A DNA stretch of 64,000 nucleotides, from NCBI GenBank assembly GCA_964016885.1, contig OZ024748.1:58900001-58964000 (forward strand), read 5' to 3'. A program made the translations under genes and the position numbers. This document shows positions 1 through 13,259 of the stretch, in pieces. Every line of letters begins with the position of its first letter. Positions within the stretch are counted from its first letter, which is position 1. Under the pieces are notes generated by a model that saw only the letters and a list, made by a program, of their open reading frames with translations, did not search any database and was not told the origin of the DNA. The stretch is from Eledone cirrhosa (lineage: Eukaryota).

Positions 1-100
1 AAAGTGTCTTGTTCAAGGACACAATGTGCTGCTAGGAATTGAACTCATGAACTTACGATTGTGAGCCAAATAGCCTAACCACAAGGCCACATGCCTTCAC
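1..100 (-). mobile_element. tRNA-derived SINE (family A variant), 5' head, cut by window edge
   Basis: Reverse complement gives GAAGGCATGTGGCCTTGTGGTTAGG...GAGTTCAATTCC...CCTTGAACAAGACACTTT, i.e. A/B boxes plus the body shared with family A. Confidence 0.7.
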
Positions 101-582
101 AGTAGCTTACATACATACTAACACGCAATGTACAGTTCTGTTTCATCTGTAGTACCATACATATATGAGGATTGCAGCATCTTCACAGACGATTGCCGTC
201 TCTTATTGATTCTTCATTATCATCCCATCTGTATCCATAACTACGTAGATGTCTTTGTGGGCCAGCTGTAGATCTGCATGGTTTACGACACAGGTGACAG
301 AAGAGAGCTGTGCTTTCCCCTGGACTGGTGGTCTCACCCTGTCGGACACCGTCTTTATGTACCACCGTGTGTTTTTTTTTAGTCCGGACAAGTTCCACAT
401 GCATACATACATACATACATACATACATACATACATACATACTTACATGTCGAATTCTATTTGATCTGCAGTCGCCTACACACATACTTACACACAGTTC
501 CAGTTATTCTGTTGTAGTTTTCATACATATATATATATATACACACACACACACATGTACAATTCTGTTTGTTTTGTGATAG

Positions 583-771
583 GTTTTAGATGACAAAGGT
601 GTACGTCGCCGATTCCGTGCCAGCAACTACCAGAGTACCACGCGTGTAAAACCTTTCATCTGTACTATGCCAATGCGTCTTGATGATAGCTGGAATCAGA
701 TACAGTTTAATCTCTCTGATTTTACACGGCGGGCCTATGGTACAAACTACATTGAGACAATTAGAGTACAG
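583..771 (+). CDS. CFAP20: CFAP20/BUG22 (C16orf80) internal coding exon, 63 codons, phase 0/0
   Basis: Translates to [63 protein letters not shown], a recognisable segment of the highly conserved CFAP20 protein. AG acceptor at 581-582 after a pyrimidine-rich tract; GTAAGT donor at 772. Confidence 0.97.
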
Positions 772-852
772 GTAAGTGTTTACATTCATGTTAATCATCT
801 ATATCTACACCATTTTCACTACCCGTGTATACATGTGAATGCATATATATAT

Positions 853-1150
853 GGAGGCACATGGCTTAGTGGTTAGAGCATTGGCCTTGCAATCGAAAGG
901 TTGTGAGTTCAATTCTCAGACCGGGTGATGTGTTGTTTCCTTGAGCTAGACACTTTATTTCACATTGCTCCAGTTTACTCAGCTGTAAAGTGGACGTGTA
1001 GGTGCCACAGAAAAAAAACGCACCCAGCACTCACTGTAAATGAGGTTGGTGTTAGGAAGGGCATCCAGCTGTAGAAATCAAGCCAGAATCAGTTCCAGTC
1101 CCACCCTTGCAAGCAGGGAAAAGTGGACATAAAATGATGATGATGATGAT
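853..1150 (+). mobile_element. tRNA-derived SINE family A (CORE-like body, RTE-derived tail), internally deleted copy
   Basis: A-box TGGCTTAGTGG, B-box GAGTTCAATTC, body CCTTGAGC(A/T)AGACACTTT...TTGCTCCAG, (ATG)n tail. Near-identical copies at 1987, 9129 and 18239. Confidence 0.85.
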
Positions 1151-1986
1151 ATATATATACATATATATATATATACACACATCATCATTACTTCAACCCC
1201 AATACGCATGCCTTTCCCCAGACACACATTGCTAAAAGCTGCCCCTCTCCCCTGTGAAGTGATTGGTGATGGAAAGGGCATTCAGTCATGGAAAACTTGT
1301 CCAACAAAAGGTCGAGAGGACCCTTCAGTTATGTCAAGGACATGACAGTCTCTTTAGTTATTGGTGACCTACTACAAAACACACCCAGTACAAACTGTAA
1401 AGTGGTTGGTGTTAGGAAGGGCATGCGGCTGTAGAAATCTTGCCAGACAAAGGATTGGGAAAACTCTCAGTCGTATCAAAGATATGACAACCCTTCCTCT
1501 GTGCTCGGTGGAATTGGAGACCGTACATAAGTGAGACACAGATCCCTGGCCTGTCTGGGAGATCAGTGGCTCTATTTCAGTTCTGACTTGGTCTATGTAG
1601 ACCTGTTCAATGCTTGCTAGCAAGAGAAGCGTACGTTAAAACAACGACGACGATGATGATGATGATATATATATTATATATATATTTGAATGCACCACCT
1701 TCCCCTCTATCCCCCCCCCCTCCATATACCTCCCACGGCCTAACACTGCACCCAGTCCACACTGTAAAATGGTTGTGTAGGTGTCATGACAAAAAGCATG
1801 TAGTACACACTATAAATGTGGTTGGATTTAGGAAGAGCATCAAGCCATAGAAACCAAGCCCAAATCAGTCCTGTATGAGTAAGACACGGCCATCTGATCT
1901 GACTTGTCTAACAACAGGACAACACATCTAACCCATCCTAGCATGGTAAAATGGACATTAAACGGTTATGATATAATATATAATGT

Positions 1987-2371
1987 GGAGGCACATGGCT
2001 TAGTGGTTAGAGTATTGGCCTTGCAATCGAAAGCTTGTGAGTTCAATTCTCAAACCGGGTGATGTATTGTTTCCTTGAGCAAGACACTTTATTTCACATT
2101 GCTCCAGTTTACTCAGCTGTAGAAATGAGATGATAGGGACTGGGGTCCCTATCATACCACTGCAAAGTGGTCGTGGAGATGCCACGGCAAAGAAGCACCC
2201 AGCCCACACTGTAAAGTGGACGTGTAGGCGCCACGGAAAAAAAAAGCACCCAGCACTCACTGTAAATGAGGTTGGTGTTAGGAAGGGCATCCAGCTGTAG
2301 AAATCAAGCCAGAATCAGTTCCCGCCCCACCCTTGCAAGCAGGGAAAAGCGGATGTAAAATGATGATGATT
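1987..2371 (+). mobile_element. tRNA-derived SINE family A, full-length copy
   Basis: Pol III A/B boxes and conserved body. 3' end CTTGCAAGCAGGGAAAAGCGGATGTAAAATGATGATG is identical to the 3' end of the RTE at about 41800 (-). Confidence 0.9.
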
Positions 2372-2625
2372 ATATATATATATATATATAAGGGAACAAA
2401 GGATCCGCGTTGCATCACATATATATATATATATATATAACGAAGGAAATGTGGTAAGGAATCAGATGGACCATAACGCACCAAAGTACTCAATACTTAG
2501 GGTAGTAGAGTCGGTAATAGGAACAAGTAGGACCCGACGGCTGAGCTCAAGCCATTTCGACGGCTAATTCTCGGAGAATTAGCCGTCGAAACGGCTTGAG
2601 CTCAGCCATCGGGGTCCTACTCGTT

Positions 2626-2669
<44 letters not shown>

Positions 2670-4324
2670 TATTAGAGGTGCAAATTAATTGCGTCCGTAT
2701 GTTGTATGTTGGACCATTGTGTCACAGCACTAAAATGATTACTTTTCTGTGTAGGCTGGGTGCTTTCAACACGTGGCCTTGGTGCTCTTTAGTCATATTA
2801 CCTTAAAGGAAGGACAAAGTGTTCTTTTGTCATGTCACTAACATGACCACCTTATGTGGTGGACTTGAGGCTTTTGTTGTATCACGAGCATGATAACCTT
2901 GCAGTCTGGGCTGAGTGCTTTTAACTTTATCCTATACGCTTGAGAAGGCGGATCTTCTGCAGTACTGCGTTATACCAGATATCTTGATCCTGTGTCATTG
3001 CCTTTGAGTAGTGCAATTGTGAGGTCAACTTTTATCACCTCATCCCAAGCTTTCTTAGGTTATCCTCTTCCATAGCTTCCATCAACTTCGAGTGCTCTGT
3101 ACCTTTTTACAGAGCTGTCATCCTTCATACACATCACATGTCCTTACCATTGCCTCTGATCTCTGTTATGCTCAGTTTCTCTTTCAGTTAAAATACTGTT
3201 ATATATATATATATAGGCACATGGCTTAGTGGTTAGAGCATCAGATTCACAATCATGAGGTTGTGTTTGATTCTTGAGCAAGACACTTTATTACACATTG
3301 CTCCAGTTTACTCAGCTGTAGAAATGAGTTGTGTTGTCCCTGATACCTTTCTCATGGACAACATCAGGGGCATGGAGAGGGGAGACTGGTATGCATGGGC
3401 AACTGCTGGTCTTCCACCTTGCCTGGACTTGTGTCTTGGAAGGGATCTCTACCCTTACCCTTTATATATATGTATGTGTGGGTGTGTATCAATAATACAG
3501 ATGACCTGCCTTCACAGGTTGAAGCATACATCTAGTATGCACCACTTAACTCCTATCCTCCCTCCATCCTTTCATATAAATCCCACGCCCTAACACTCCA
3601 CTCACATCTTAATCATCCCACCCATCACTATTTACACCCCTATCACCAGTCCACCCTGTAAAGTGGACATTTTGGGATCACGACACAAAAAGCAGCCAGT
3701 CCACACAGTTAATGTGATTGGCGTTAGGAAGGGCATCGAGCTGTAGAAACCAAGCCAGAAACAGTTCTGTATGTACAAGACACGGTCACCTGACATGACT
3801 TACTCAAATGGGACAACCTGTCTAACCAAAGCTAGTGTGGCAAATAGACGTTAAATGATGATGATGAAAATAAAGTGAATTTCGTAAAAAAATATCCAAA
3901 CTTAACTGAACACTGAGTCCGAGGAAGAAGTAATAGTTTCCTCAGTGAATCGTGCTGTATAAGAAACAGGATGTATATGTAAACCGTCTCTCTTCTATAT
4001 AATATTGACTCACCGTCTGATACATTATCGGTAATAACTTAAGTGGCCCATGTCCTGGAGTGCTTACATCTGTTTACACCTAAGTCGATCCCTTAATTGA
4101 TCAACCATCGTTTCTTTACTTGAATAATATATGTATAAATCAATCCCAGTGCATTACTGTTACTTTATTATATCAACCTCATAAGAATGAAAGGCAAGGT
4201 TTGGTGGGGTTAGAACTGAGAAGGTAAAGGGCCGTAAAACATGTTGTCCGACGCTCTACCGATACTGCCAATCCACCACCCTTATATATATATATATATA
4301 TATATATATTTCATATCATGTCTC

Positions 4325-4395
4325 TATTTTATCTGATGAGAACGCAGATATCATCCCATGAGGATATTTGTTTTGGAAATGCGCATAATAAAATA
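4325..4395 (+). ncRNA. Type I hammerhead ribozyme motif
   Basis: TATTTTAT-CTGATGA-[stem II CAGATATC/GATATTTG]-GAA-ATGCGCAT-A^ATAAAATA. Perfect 8-bp stem I and palindromic stem III; the base pair closing stem II is mismatched. Confidence 0.8.
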
Positions 4396-4425
4396 CTTGG
4401 AACTCTTTTAACCATCTTTTGATCT

Positions 4426-4481
<56 letters not shown>

Positions 4482-4494
4482 TTACATTATATTA

Positions 4495-4665
4495 TCGGTA
4501 GAGGGTCGGACGCCATGCTTTGACGCATAGAGTTACGGCCCTTGCCATTCTGAGTTCAAATCCCGCCGAGGTTAACTTTGCCTTTCATCCTTACGTGGTT
4601 GATAAAATAAAGTACCAGTAATACACTGGTTAATTGCTGGCCTTGTGCCAAAAGTAGAAACAAAT
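4495..4665 (+). mobile_element. tRNA-derived SINE family B (Nin/Deu-domain-like)
   Basis: B-box GAGTTCAAATCCC followed by GCCTTTCATCCTT...GATAAAATAAAGTACCAG, resembling the Nin/Deu conserved domain. Other copies at about 4140-4283(-), 5222-5420(-), 5975-6180, 9000-9115, 13925-14105, 31700-31880, 41650-41722(-) and 61080-61760(-). Confidence 0.8.
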
Positions 4666-5569
4666 ATATTATATATGAATCTGTATGTTTCTTTATACAT
4701 AGCCTTCGCTATATCAGTACTGTATTCTGCTATGTATTATGACTAGATTGTTTCTATGTATGAGCTCTGACAAATTATCCTTTCAGACACTCGATTACAC
4801 TTAATACCCATTTAAACGTAAAAAAGGGCGTTAAAAAAATATATAAATCAATATCCAAGGGCAGGTCACTCTAATTCCTTCGATGACGTCCCTTCTAAGT
4901 CCATTTAGAATTATTCCCCCTTAGTTTTATTTCAGTTTATTATTATATTTTACGCGTGGGAGTGTCATGCTGCCAATAAGAGACCACGTATCAAATTAGT
5001 TTCATTTTTGTTTTATTATTAACCAGATAACTAATCCATTCGTTGGTTAATTTGGTAATTGGTTGCTTATTTAATTGTAAAAGTTGTTTCGTCTCACATT
5101 CTGTGACCTTTTCAATAACTATTTTGCCACTGCGTCACAGAAAGTGTGCTGAAGGAGCTTTAACAATCAACTAATCATCTAGTTACTGAACCAAAGAAAG
5201 GGATTAGTTACTCAATTAATAATTGTTTCTACTTTAGACACAAGGTTAACAATTTTAGGGGAGGGGAAAGTCAATTAAATCGAGCCCAGTACATTACTGG
5301 TACTTTATTTTATCAACCGCATAAGGATAAAAGGCAAAGTTAAACTCGGCGGGATTTGGACTCAGGTCGTAAAGGGACGTAACTATATGTCGCAATGCTT
5401 TACCGATATTGCTAATCCCTGTTACCTGATTAATAATAAAACTCACCTGTTTTAACATAAAATTTCATATTAATAATCTTGCAAAAGAAGTACAAAAACA
5501 AAGTATTTCAATTTAATGTTTTCTTTCCCAATTAGTTCCTTCAAATAATTTTGTCAATTAAGGATGTTG

Positions 5570-5960
5570 TCAGTATCGGTAGAGCGTCTGGCACTGTTTT
5601 GTGGCATAGAGTTACGTCCCTTTACATTTTGAGTTCCAATCCTGCTGAGGTTAGCTTTGCCTTTCATCCGTACAAGGTCGATAAAATAAATTACCAGTAA
5701 TGTACTGGGGTCGATTAAATCCACTTTTCTCTCCTCGCAAAATTGTTGGCCTTGTGCCTAAATCAGAAACCATTATTATGTACCAGTGATACACTGAGAT
5801 AATTGCTGGCCTTGTGCCTAAATTAGAAACCATTATTATGTACCAGTGATACACTGAGATAATTGCTGGCCTTGTGCCTAAATCAGAAACCATTATTATG
5901 TACCAGTGATACACTGAGATAATTGTTGGCCTTGTGCCTAAATCAGAAACCATTATTGTG
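5570..5960 (+). mobile_element. SINE family B with 3' 60-bp tandem amplification
   Basis: Family B head and body, then about 3.6 copies of AATTG(C/T)TGGCCTTGTGCCTAAAT(C/T)AGAAACCATTATTATGTACCAGTGATACACTGAGAT at about 5742-5958. Confidence 0.85.
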
Positions 5961-6231
5961 TCAATTTATTACAGCTCTTTATGTTCTATGTTCAAATCAC
6001 ACCATGGTCAGTTTTTACCTTTAATCTTTCCGGGGTCATACTGGGTTCAGTTTAAGCAGTTTACTCCCCAGATCCCTAAATACCAGTAAAATACCAGTAA
6101 ATTACAGGGGTTGATATAATCGACTTTGACTTTCCCTTTTCCCTCAATCATTAGCTTTGTGCATAATTTAGAAACAATTAATTATTTTTGTTGTTGTTGT
6201 TTTTTTTTCTCTGCTTCTTTGTCTTTTACAG

Positions 6232-6345
6232 ATCCATGCCAACTGCCGTATTCGGCGAGTCTATTTCTCGGACCGTTTGTATTCTGAAGATGAACTCCCT
6301 GGAGAATTTAAATTATACATTCCACAAAGCAAGATCAAAGCTTGA
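6232..6345 (+). CDS. CFAP20: CFAP20 terminal coding exon ([37 protein letters not shown])
   Basis: Polypyrimidine tract plus CAG acceptor ending at 6231. Continues in frame from the 583-771 exon and matches the CFAP20 C-terminus. TGA at 6343-6345. Not in the ORF track because it is short. Confidence 0.96.
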   Translation: MHANCRIRRVYFSDRLYSEDELPGEFKLYIPQSKIKA

Positions 6346-6369
6346 GTGAATCTGACTTAGAAAAATAAC

Positions 6370-6375
6370 AATAAA
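6370..6375 (+). promoter_or_regulatory. Candidate polyadenylation signal AATAAA for CFAP20
   Basis: First AATAAA downstream of the stop codon. Others follow (about 6385, 6432, 7084), so the site used is uncertain. Confidence 0.35.
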
Positions 6376-7649
6376 AAAAGTGAAAATAAAATATTATTAA
6401 AAAATATATTTAAGCAAATGAAAGTAAAGGAAATAAACTTTGTAAATATCTTAGACTTTACATTGAATAATAGTGTGTGTGCATGTGTGTATACATATAT
6501 CTATCTATCTCTCTATATATATGTATGACTGTATGTATCTATACTTTTCTTAGTGTATGTAAGCATATACATTTGTATGAGTTATATAAAATTGTTTATA
6601 CATATATCTATCTATATATGTGTGTGTATATGACTGTGTGTATGTATCCTTTTCTTAGTGTGTGTATGTACACATATATATATGTATGAGTTATAAAATT
6701 TTGTATATATATATGAATGTATATGTATAATTTTATAAATATATCCACGAGTGAATGTATGAGAGTATGTGGATGTATACATAAATATGCATATATAGGT
6801 TTATGTGTGTGCAAGTTTATATATATATATATATAATTGAGTATATAATGATATGCTCATATATATGAATATATATATATGTATGTATAAGTATATAAAT
6901 ATATGTATAAGTATATATATATAAACAATCATAAGAGGTATGCCAAGAATTGATGTAGCCACTTAAATTTTATTTTGTCTCTTAAATTTAACCTAAGTCC
7001 ATCTGACTTGTATCTATATTTCAACTTAATTCATTGCTCTCAAATATCACATTGTAGAGCTAGAAGATGTAACTGTACCTTTGAATAAATATTTCTTTTC
7101 AAAGTATAGTATTATCACTATAATATGCTAATTCATTCTCAAAGGGTTATTTTTAAAAAAAATGTTCTATCTCTAATCTACTCAGATGTATTAGTATATT
7201 TTAATCTTTTGTTTCATGTGAACTGAACTGAAATATCCATCTAGATTTCATACAGGCACATGGTTGTTGAATCCACTATAAGGTTGTGGGTTGGACTCCT
7301 TGCCCGACTCAGTGTGTTGTTTTCTTGAGTAAAATACTTCTTTTCATGTTACCATTGTAGGGTTAGGATTAGATTTTATAAGAATAATCAGATGTAGTGG
7401 GCATATGGATGATGATCCTTGGGCGAAGAACTGACAAGAAATCCGTGGAAGGAAGATCTAGGCTGAGGTTGTGAGAGCTGATCTCAAATTGAGGATGCTC
7501 ACAGAGATGATAAAGGACCAGAATGAGTGGAGGGATGCTGCTTTGGAAAATACCCATTCAACCAAAGCAAGCATGGACAAACAGATGAGAAAGCCTCATA
7601 GTATGAGGAGAGCTGAACATAGATTTCAATTTTCCTGTACTCTATTTCA

Positions 7650-7960
7650 TGGTGGTGAAATGGCAGAGTTGTTAGAATGTCAGATAGAATGTTTTGTGGT
7701 ATCCGTTTTGGCTCTCAGCTCTCTCAGTTCAAATTCTGCCGAGGTCAACTTGGCCTTTCATCTATTCAAGGTTGATAGAGTACCAGTCTAATGATGGAAT
7801 TGGTTCTTCCTCTTTCTCACTTACATTTTCTCACTCTCTCTATCCTTCTCTAGAAGAAATCTGCTGTATTCAGACCTCGAAATGAGATGGGTTTTGCCAG
7901 GTTTAAAAATGCCCTAGTGACGTTCTATGTCAATGTCACACCCCTACAACACTATTTCAT
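7650..7960 (+). mobile_element. SINE family B subfamily with extended 3' tail (CTCTCTATCCTTCTCT(A/G)GAAGAAATCTG...)
   Basis: Same head and Nin-like body plus a tail shared with 11490-11800(+), 16790-17000(-), about 60020-60070(-) and 63775-64000(+). Confidence 0.75.
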
Positions 7961-9128
7961 CAAGCATTTTTTTTTTTTTTTATTAATTCTGAAGTATTTT
8001 TATGGGTTTTAAAAAAAAGTTTATCCATTTAAAAGCCAGTGATTGGGTGTCTCTGACCACCTCCTTCCCATCATCATCATCATCATCATCACCATCATCA
8101 TATTGTGTCTGTTTCTCCTTGCTTGCATGTTTTAGTTTGGTCATTACAAACAAAGTATTTATATTAATGAAGTTACTGCCCACCTAGATATGTTGGTGGG
8201 GACTATATATCATGTTTGATATGGTCCATTTTGGCATGATTTCTATGATGGGGTCTTTCCTAGCATCAACCACTTTACAGAGTGCACTAGGTGCATTTTA
8301 TGTTTCCATTTGTATGCAAAACACTTTATAAGGTGTACCAAGGGCCTTTTACAGTGGAATCAACCCTAGAGAGGTCACCTTCTGGCAAAAGCCTGTTGAA
8401 GAGTGAAAATAAGGGGACACTAAAGAAGTTGTTTTGTTCCAAGGCAAACATGATCAAGAGTGAAAGTGGGACAGTATGATTGCTAAATATGGACATAGAT
8501 GAATGGTAATAGGTGTGGTGAGGAATACAGCTTGATGGGGCTACATGATGGATGTTGGTAGGGGGTTGACTTGATAAAAATGGGAGAAGCACTGAGCAAG
8601 ATTGAGTGACACAGTCATATTGAAGTAGAGAGGATGATGACCAATATTAGTTGATAGGAGAGCACTGCGGTTAATAGTAGTGGTACAGTGATAATGGAGG
8701 GATCAGTTATGGCCAGGTGATTATACCAGCCCTAACCTCGTGGAGGCACTACACTCATTGATAGAGGATAGGGGAAGGTTAGTAGTTACAGGAGGAGATC
8801 TAATGGGAGCTAACTAGGCTCCTTTTGTTTATTTTTATGTATTCTGAAATTATCATGTTCACCATTTAATGGCCACTTATCCATTCTAGCATGGGTTCGA
8901 CATCCTCCCTCCACTCCTCTTCGTCATCTCCTCTGTGAGAGGTTCATGTACTGTGTTGTTTAGCCCCTGGTCAGTACATAATGAGTAGGCCTGTGAATGG
9001 TCTGGGTTCAAATCCCGCCGAGGTTAACTTTGCCTTTCATCCTTACGGGGTCAATAACATAAAGTACCAGTAATACACTGGGGTAATTGCTGACCTTATG
9101 CCAAAAGTAGAATTAATTTATATATATA

Positions 9129-9465
9129 TGGAGGCACATGGCTTAGTGGTTAGAGCATTGGCCTTGCAATCGAAAGGTTGTGAGTTCAATTCTCAGACCA
9201 GGTGGTGTGTTGTTTCCTTGAGCAAGATACTTTATTTCACATTGCTCCAGTTTACTCAGCTGTAGAAATGAGATGATAGGGACTGGGGTCCCTATCATTC
9301 CACTGCAAAGTGGTCGTGGAGGTGCCACGGCAAAAAAAGCACCCAGCACTCACTGTAAATGAGGTTGGTGTTAGGAAGGGCATCCAGCTGTAAAAAGCCC
9401 TACCAGAATCAGTTCCCGTCTCACCCTTGCAAGCAGGGAAAAGCGGACATCAAATGAAATGATGA
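9129..9465 (+). mobile_element. tRNA-derived SINE family A
   Basis: High identity to 1987-2371; inserted after (TA)n. Confidence 0.88.
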
Positions 9466-12400
9466 TATATATCGAAACGGCTTCTGCTCTGCCGTTGGGG
9501 TCATACTTTTTCCTATTTCCCACTCTACTACCCTAAGTATTGAGTACTCTGGTGCGTTATGATCCATCTGGTTCCTTACCACAATTCCTTTGTTATATAT
9601 ATATATATATAATTACAAAGTGCAGGGCAATAAAGATAGACGGTAGCCACGGAATAGGCAGACCTAGAAAAACATGGGATGAGCTGATAAACTCCGACCT
9701 CACACACTTACACCTCTCCAAGACAATGTCACTGGACCGTGACCTTTGGCGGTACTCAGTAACAGAGAAGACCCGCCTTGCCAGTAGGCATCTCTAACAA
9801 ACCACACCCCGTCCCGCCACCACCCCCACCCCATCCACACCACCCCGTTCTATGTAAAGTTATGTTGGTGCCGCGCCATCCAGGCCGAAACAAATGAGAT
9901 CGTGTAGGTGTCACGACAAAAAAACACACAGTCCACGCTGTAATGTGGCCGTGTAGGCAACACGGTAAAAACCTCCCAGACCCACACTGTAAATGTGGTT
10001 GGTGTTAGGAAGGGCATCCAACTGTAGAAAACCTGCCAGACAGTCCTATGCGAGCAAGACAATCACTCTTGCCTCAAGTGGGACTACCCCCGTCCAAACC
10101 CATGCAAGCGTGGAACACGGACGTTAAACGTTGATGATGATGATGATGATGATGAATTACAACAGTGACATATGCAGGTAGTTAAGTTTCATTGGGGCAT
10201 ACACCCCAACTCATTCAGCTTGTTATATGAAATATATATATTTAAGGTGTTATGTATCCATGAATATCCTTGTTATATTTAGATGTTGAGAAGAGGGGAA
10301 GGCCACTGTATTACAAACTAAATGTGGTTGGCGTTAGGAAGGGTATCCAGCCGTAGAAACCAAGCCAGAAACTGTTCATCTGACCTGACTTGACTCACAA
10401 TGGGACAACACGTCTAACGCATGTTAGCATGGAAAAATGAACGTTGAACAGTGATGATTTATCACAATATTTCATAGTATTAAAGAGAATTTATTCATAG
10501 TAAAGTGGTCGTGTTGATGGCATGACAGAAAGCGCCCAGTCCTCCCTGTAAAGTAGCAGCTTTGGTGCCACGAGAAAAAAAAAAATGTCCAGTGCAGATT
10601 GTAAAATGTTCGTTTTGGTGCCACGATAAAATGTATCCAGTCCACGCTGCAAATGTCGTTGACATTAGGAAGGGCATGTGGCCGTTGAAACCAAGTCAGA
10701 AACAGTTCTATATGAGCAAGACACGTTCATCTGACCTGACTTGATTTACAAAGGGACAACTAGTCTAACCCATGCTAGCTTGGAAAAATGGACTCAAACA
10801 TTGTTTTCTTGTTTTTGGACAATCGAGATCTTCAAAACCATTAGAAATGATTCGTTGTTTAGTTAACTGATATTCTCAGAGTTTCTATTTCAATTAAAAC
10901 TGTCTGGCTTTGGAGATGAAACTTAAATTTTTTCTATGATTTCTGATATACATTGAACGAAACCAGCTTTCATAACCATGGGAAATTATTCGTTTTTTAA
11001 TCAATTGAGATGTTCGGGAACATTGGGGAGTTTAGGGGTTTTGAAGATGAATATTTCACTCGTCTACCTAAAGAAAAAAAATACTTTACTTTTGAAGGCC
11101 ATATTCATTCAAAACTCATCAAAAAGGAAAACCGAATTTCACCTTCAAAGTGAAACTGGTGTAATATTCAAATCGTAACCCGAAAACAATTTCGATGTTG
11201 AACGGCAGGTTCGTTCAAATCACACCAAGAACCATATTTTTCACATCCAACATGAGACAGGTGTAAATGTAAAATATTAGCCGACATAGTAAAAGCACTT
11301 GAATCTACTCCTGTAATTAAATGCTAATTAACCAATTTATTGTATATAATTAATTTTGGCGCCATACTAGCGTTATTTGCCATAAGTATATATATTTTTT
11401 AACATTGACAAAATTATTGGATAGACGTCAATCAGCTCGAAAAGGGTGAAATAGTCGCTTCAGAGAAAGGTATGTCTTATTTGAGATGGCGAATTGTCAG
11501 AGTCGTTAGACCGTCGGATAGAATGCTTTGCGGTATTCATTCCGACTCTCTGCATCTTATGCCGCCGAGGTCAAACTTGCCTTTCATTCATTTGCAGTCG
11601 ATAAAAGAAAATACCAATCTAATACTGGGGTCAATTCTTCCTCTATATCTCTGTCTCACTTCCATTAATTCACTTACTCTCTATCCTTCTCTGGAAGAAA
11701 TCTGTTGTATTCAGACCTGAAGAGAATTGGGCTCCGCCATGTTTAAAAGTACCCTAGAAACGCTGTATGTCAGTCAATACAGTACTCTTACGACTCCTCC
11801 CAAGAGTTACAGGACCATACATGCATGTCCTATTCAAAAGTAACTCTTAAGTGATGACGCAAATTTACGAACGTATGTCGTTATTTAACGAGATTTCGCA
11901 AGAGAACGACGAGAACTGGTAGTTAACGGTACCATTTATATTTTCAATATGTCTGCAGCAAAAGAATTGCCTGTTGAGCCATTATTGGATTCAGTTAAGT
12001 CAATAATTTTTTATCACTTTCTTTTTATTATTTTCCAAGAAGTTGCATATTCTTCTTAAGTATTGTATGTATAAAAATGTATGTCCTCAGAAAATAGCAA
12101 AAGAAAAACTGTACAAATTAATGGAATGTTGTTATTTGCTCAAAGCATTGTGTATAGTATATAATGTAGAAAATGATGTTTAAGAAGGTTAAGACAGTAT
12201 GAAATGGTAAAATGAAGGTAACGAACAAAATTGTTACTTGATATTTATTATTATCCTTTTTTATCGTGCTGATTTTTCGGAACTTAAATCTCTCCTCAGA
12301 GTTTTGGGAACTCTCAGAGCAAAACGTTTTGGTCTTATCGCTTAGAAATTCCATACAAATTGATCTGAAAATGGCACGTATGTATAAGCCCTTAACACCT

Positions 12401-13259
12401 GGAGGAGGCGTAGAAGTGCCGTAGTGAAATATAACGTTTCTTGGGCATTTTAAAGCCTGGTGAAGCCCATCCCTCTCCAGGTCTAAACACAGCATATTTC
12501 TTCCAGAGAAGGGTGAATGGAAGTGATAAAGACATATAGAGGAAGGACTCAATCAGTACCTTAAAACCACAGATAATAGCATGATACCTTTGTTATTAAT
12601 ACAATCCATTGTACATGTATACTAAAATGTTTTTAATATTTTGGTGCACGACTTACGCCCCTAAATATTTCTTGGTTACATATTTTCAGAATTTGAAATA
12701 AAAATCATTAAAAATGAATTATTTATAAAAGTAAAAATGCTATTAGAATTTTACATTGTAAAATCATTTTAGTACCACCCTGTATATTACAAAGAAACAA
12801 GACTTGAAAGAGATTAGACATTTGTGGCCAATATCGGATCGGTGATGGCAATGAGGTTGACGAATTATCTGATAAAGAACGCTAATGTTAACATCATGAT
12901 GCAAAAGGGAGTTGTCTTTACATTCCAGGATGTCTTGATATATACACTTAGACACTGATTTAAGATAAAGTATTAGATGCAACTATTAGAAAACTTGATG
13001 TCTGCGTAGTGTTGCTTGACCTGACCATTACATGTGGTTCAATGCTTTATCAGACAATTTGGCATGGATGTGACGGTGTATCAAGTTCGAGTCAATAACC
13101 GCAAGACATTATTCGTTTTATTTATTTTATATCATATTTTCTAAACAACATTGCCGTTGGTTATAAGTTTCATACAGGACAATTTCTAGTACATTCTACA
13201 TAGACGCCAATAATTCCTCTGTATTTTCATCTGATTAAATGTTAGAAGGTATGGTGTCA

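Noticed and set aside
853-925. tRNA gene
   Set aside because: A/B boxes are present but continue into a SINE body in multiple dispersed copies; no proper acceptor stem.
3900-3965. CTGAACA-CTGAG...CTCAG-T-GAAT hammerhead-like pattern
   Set aside because: Two core positions are mutated and stem III is absent.
5742-5958. CRISPR-like regular repeats
   Set aside because: Units are contiguous with no unique spacers, derive from a SINE, and the context is eukaryotic.
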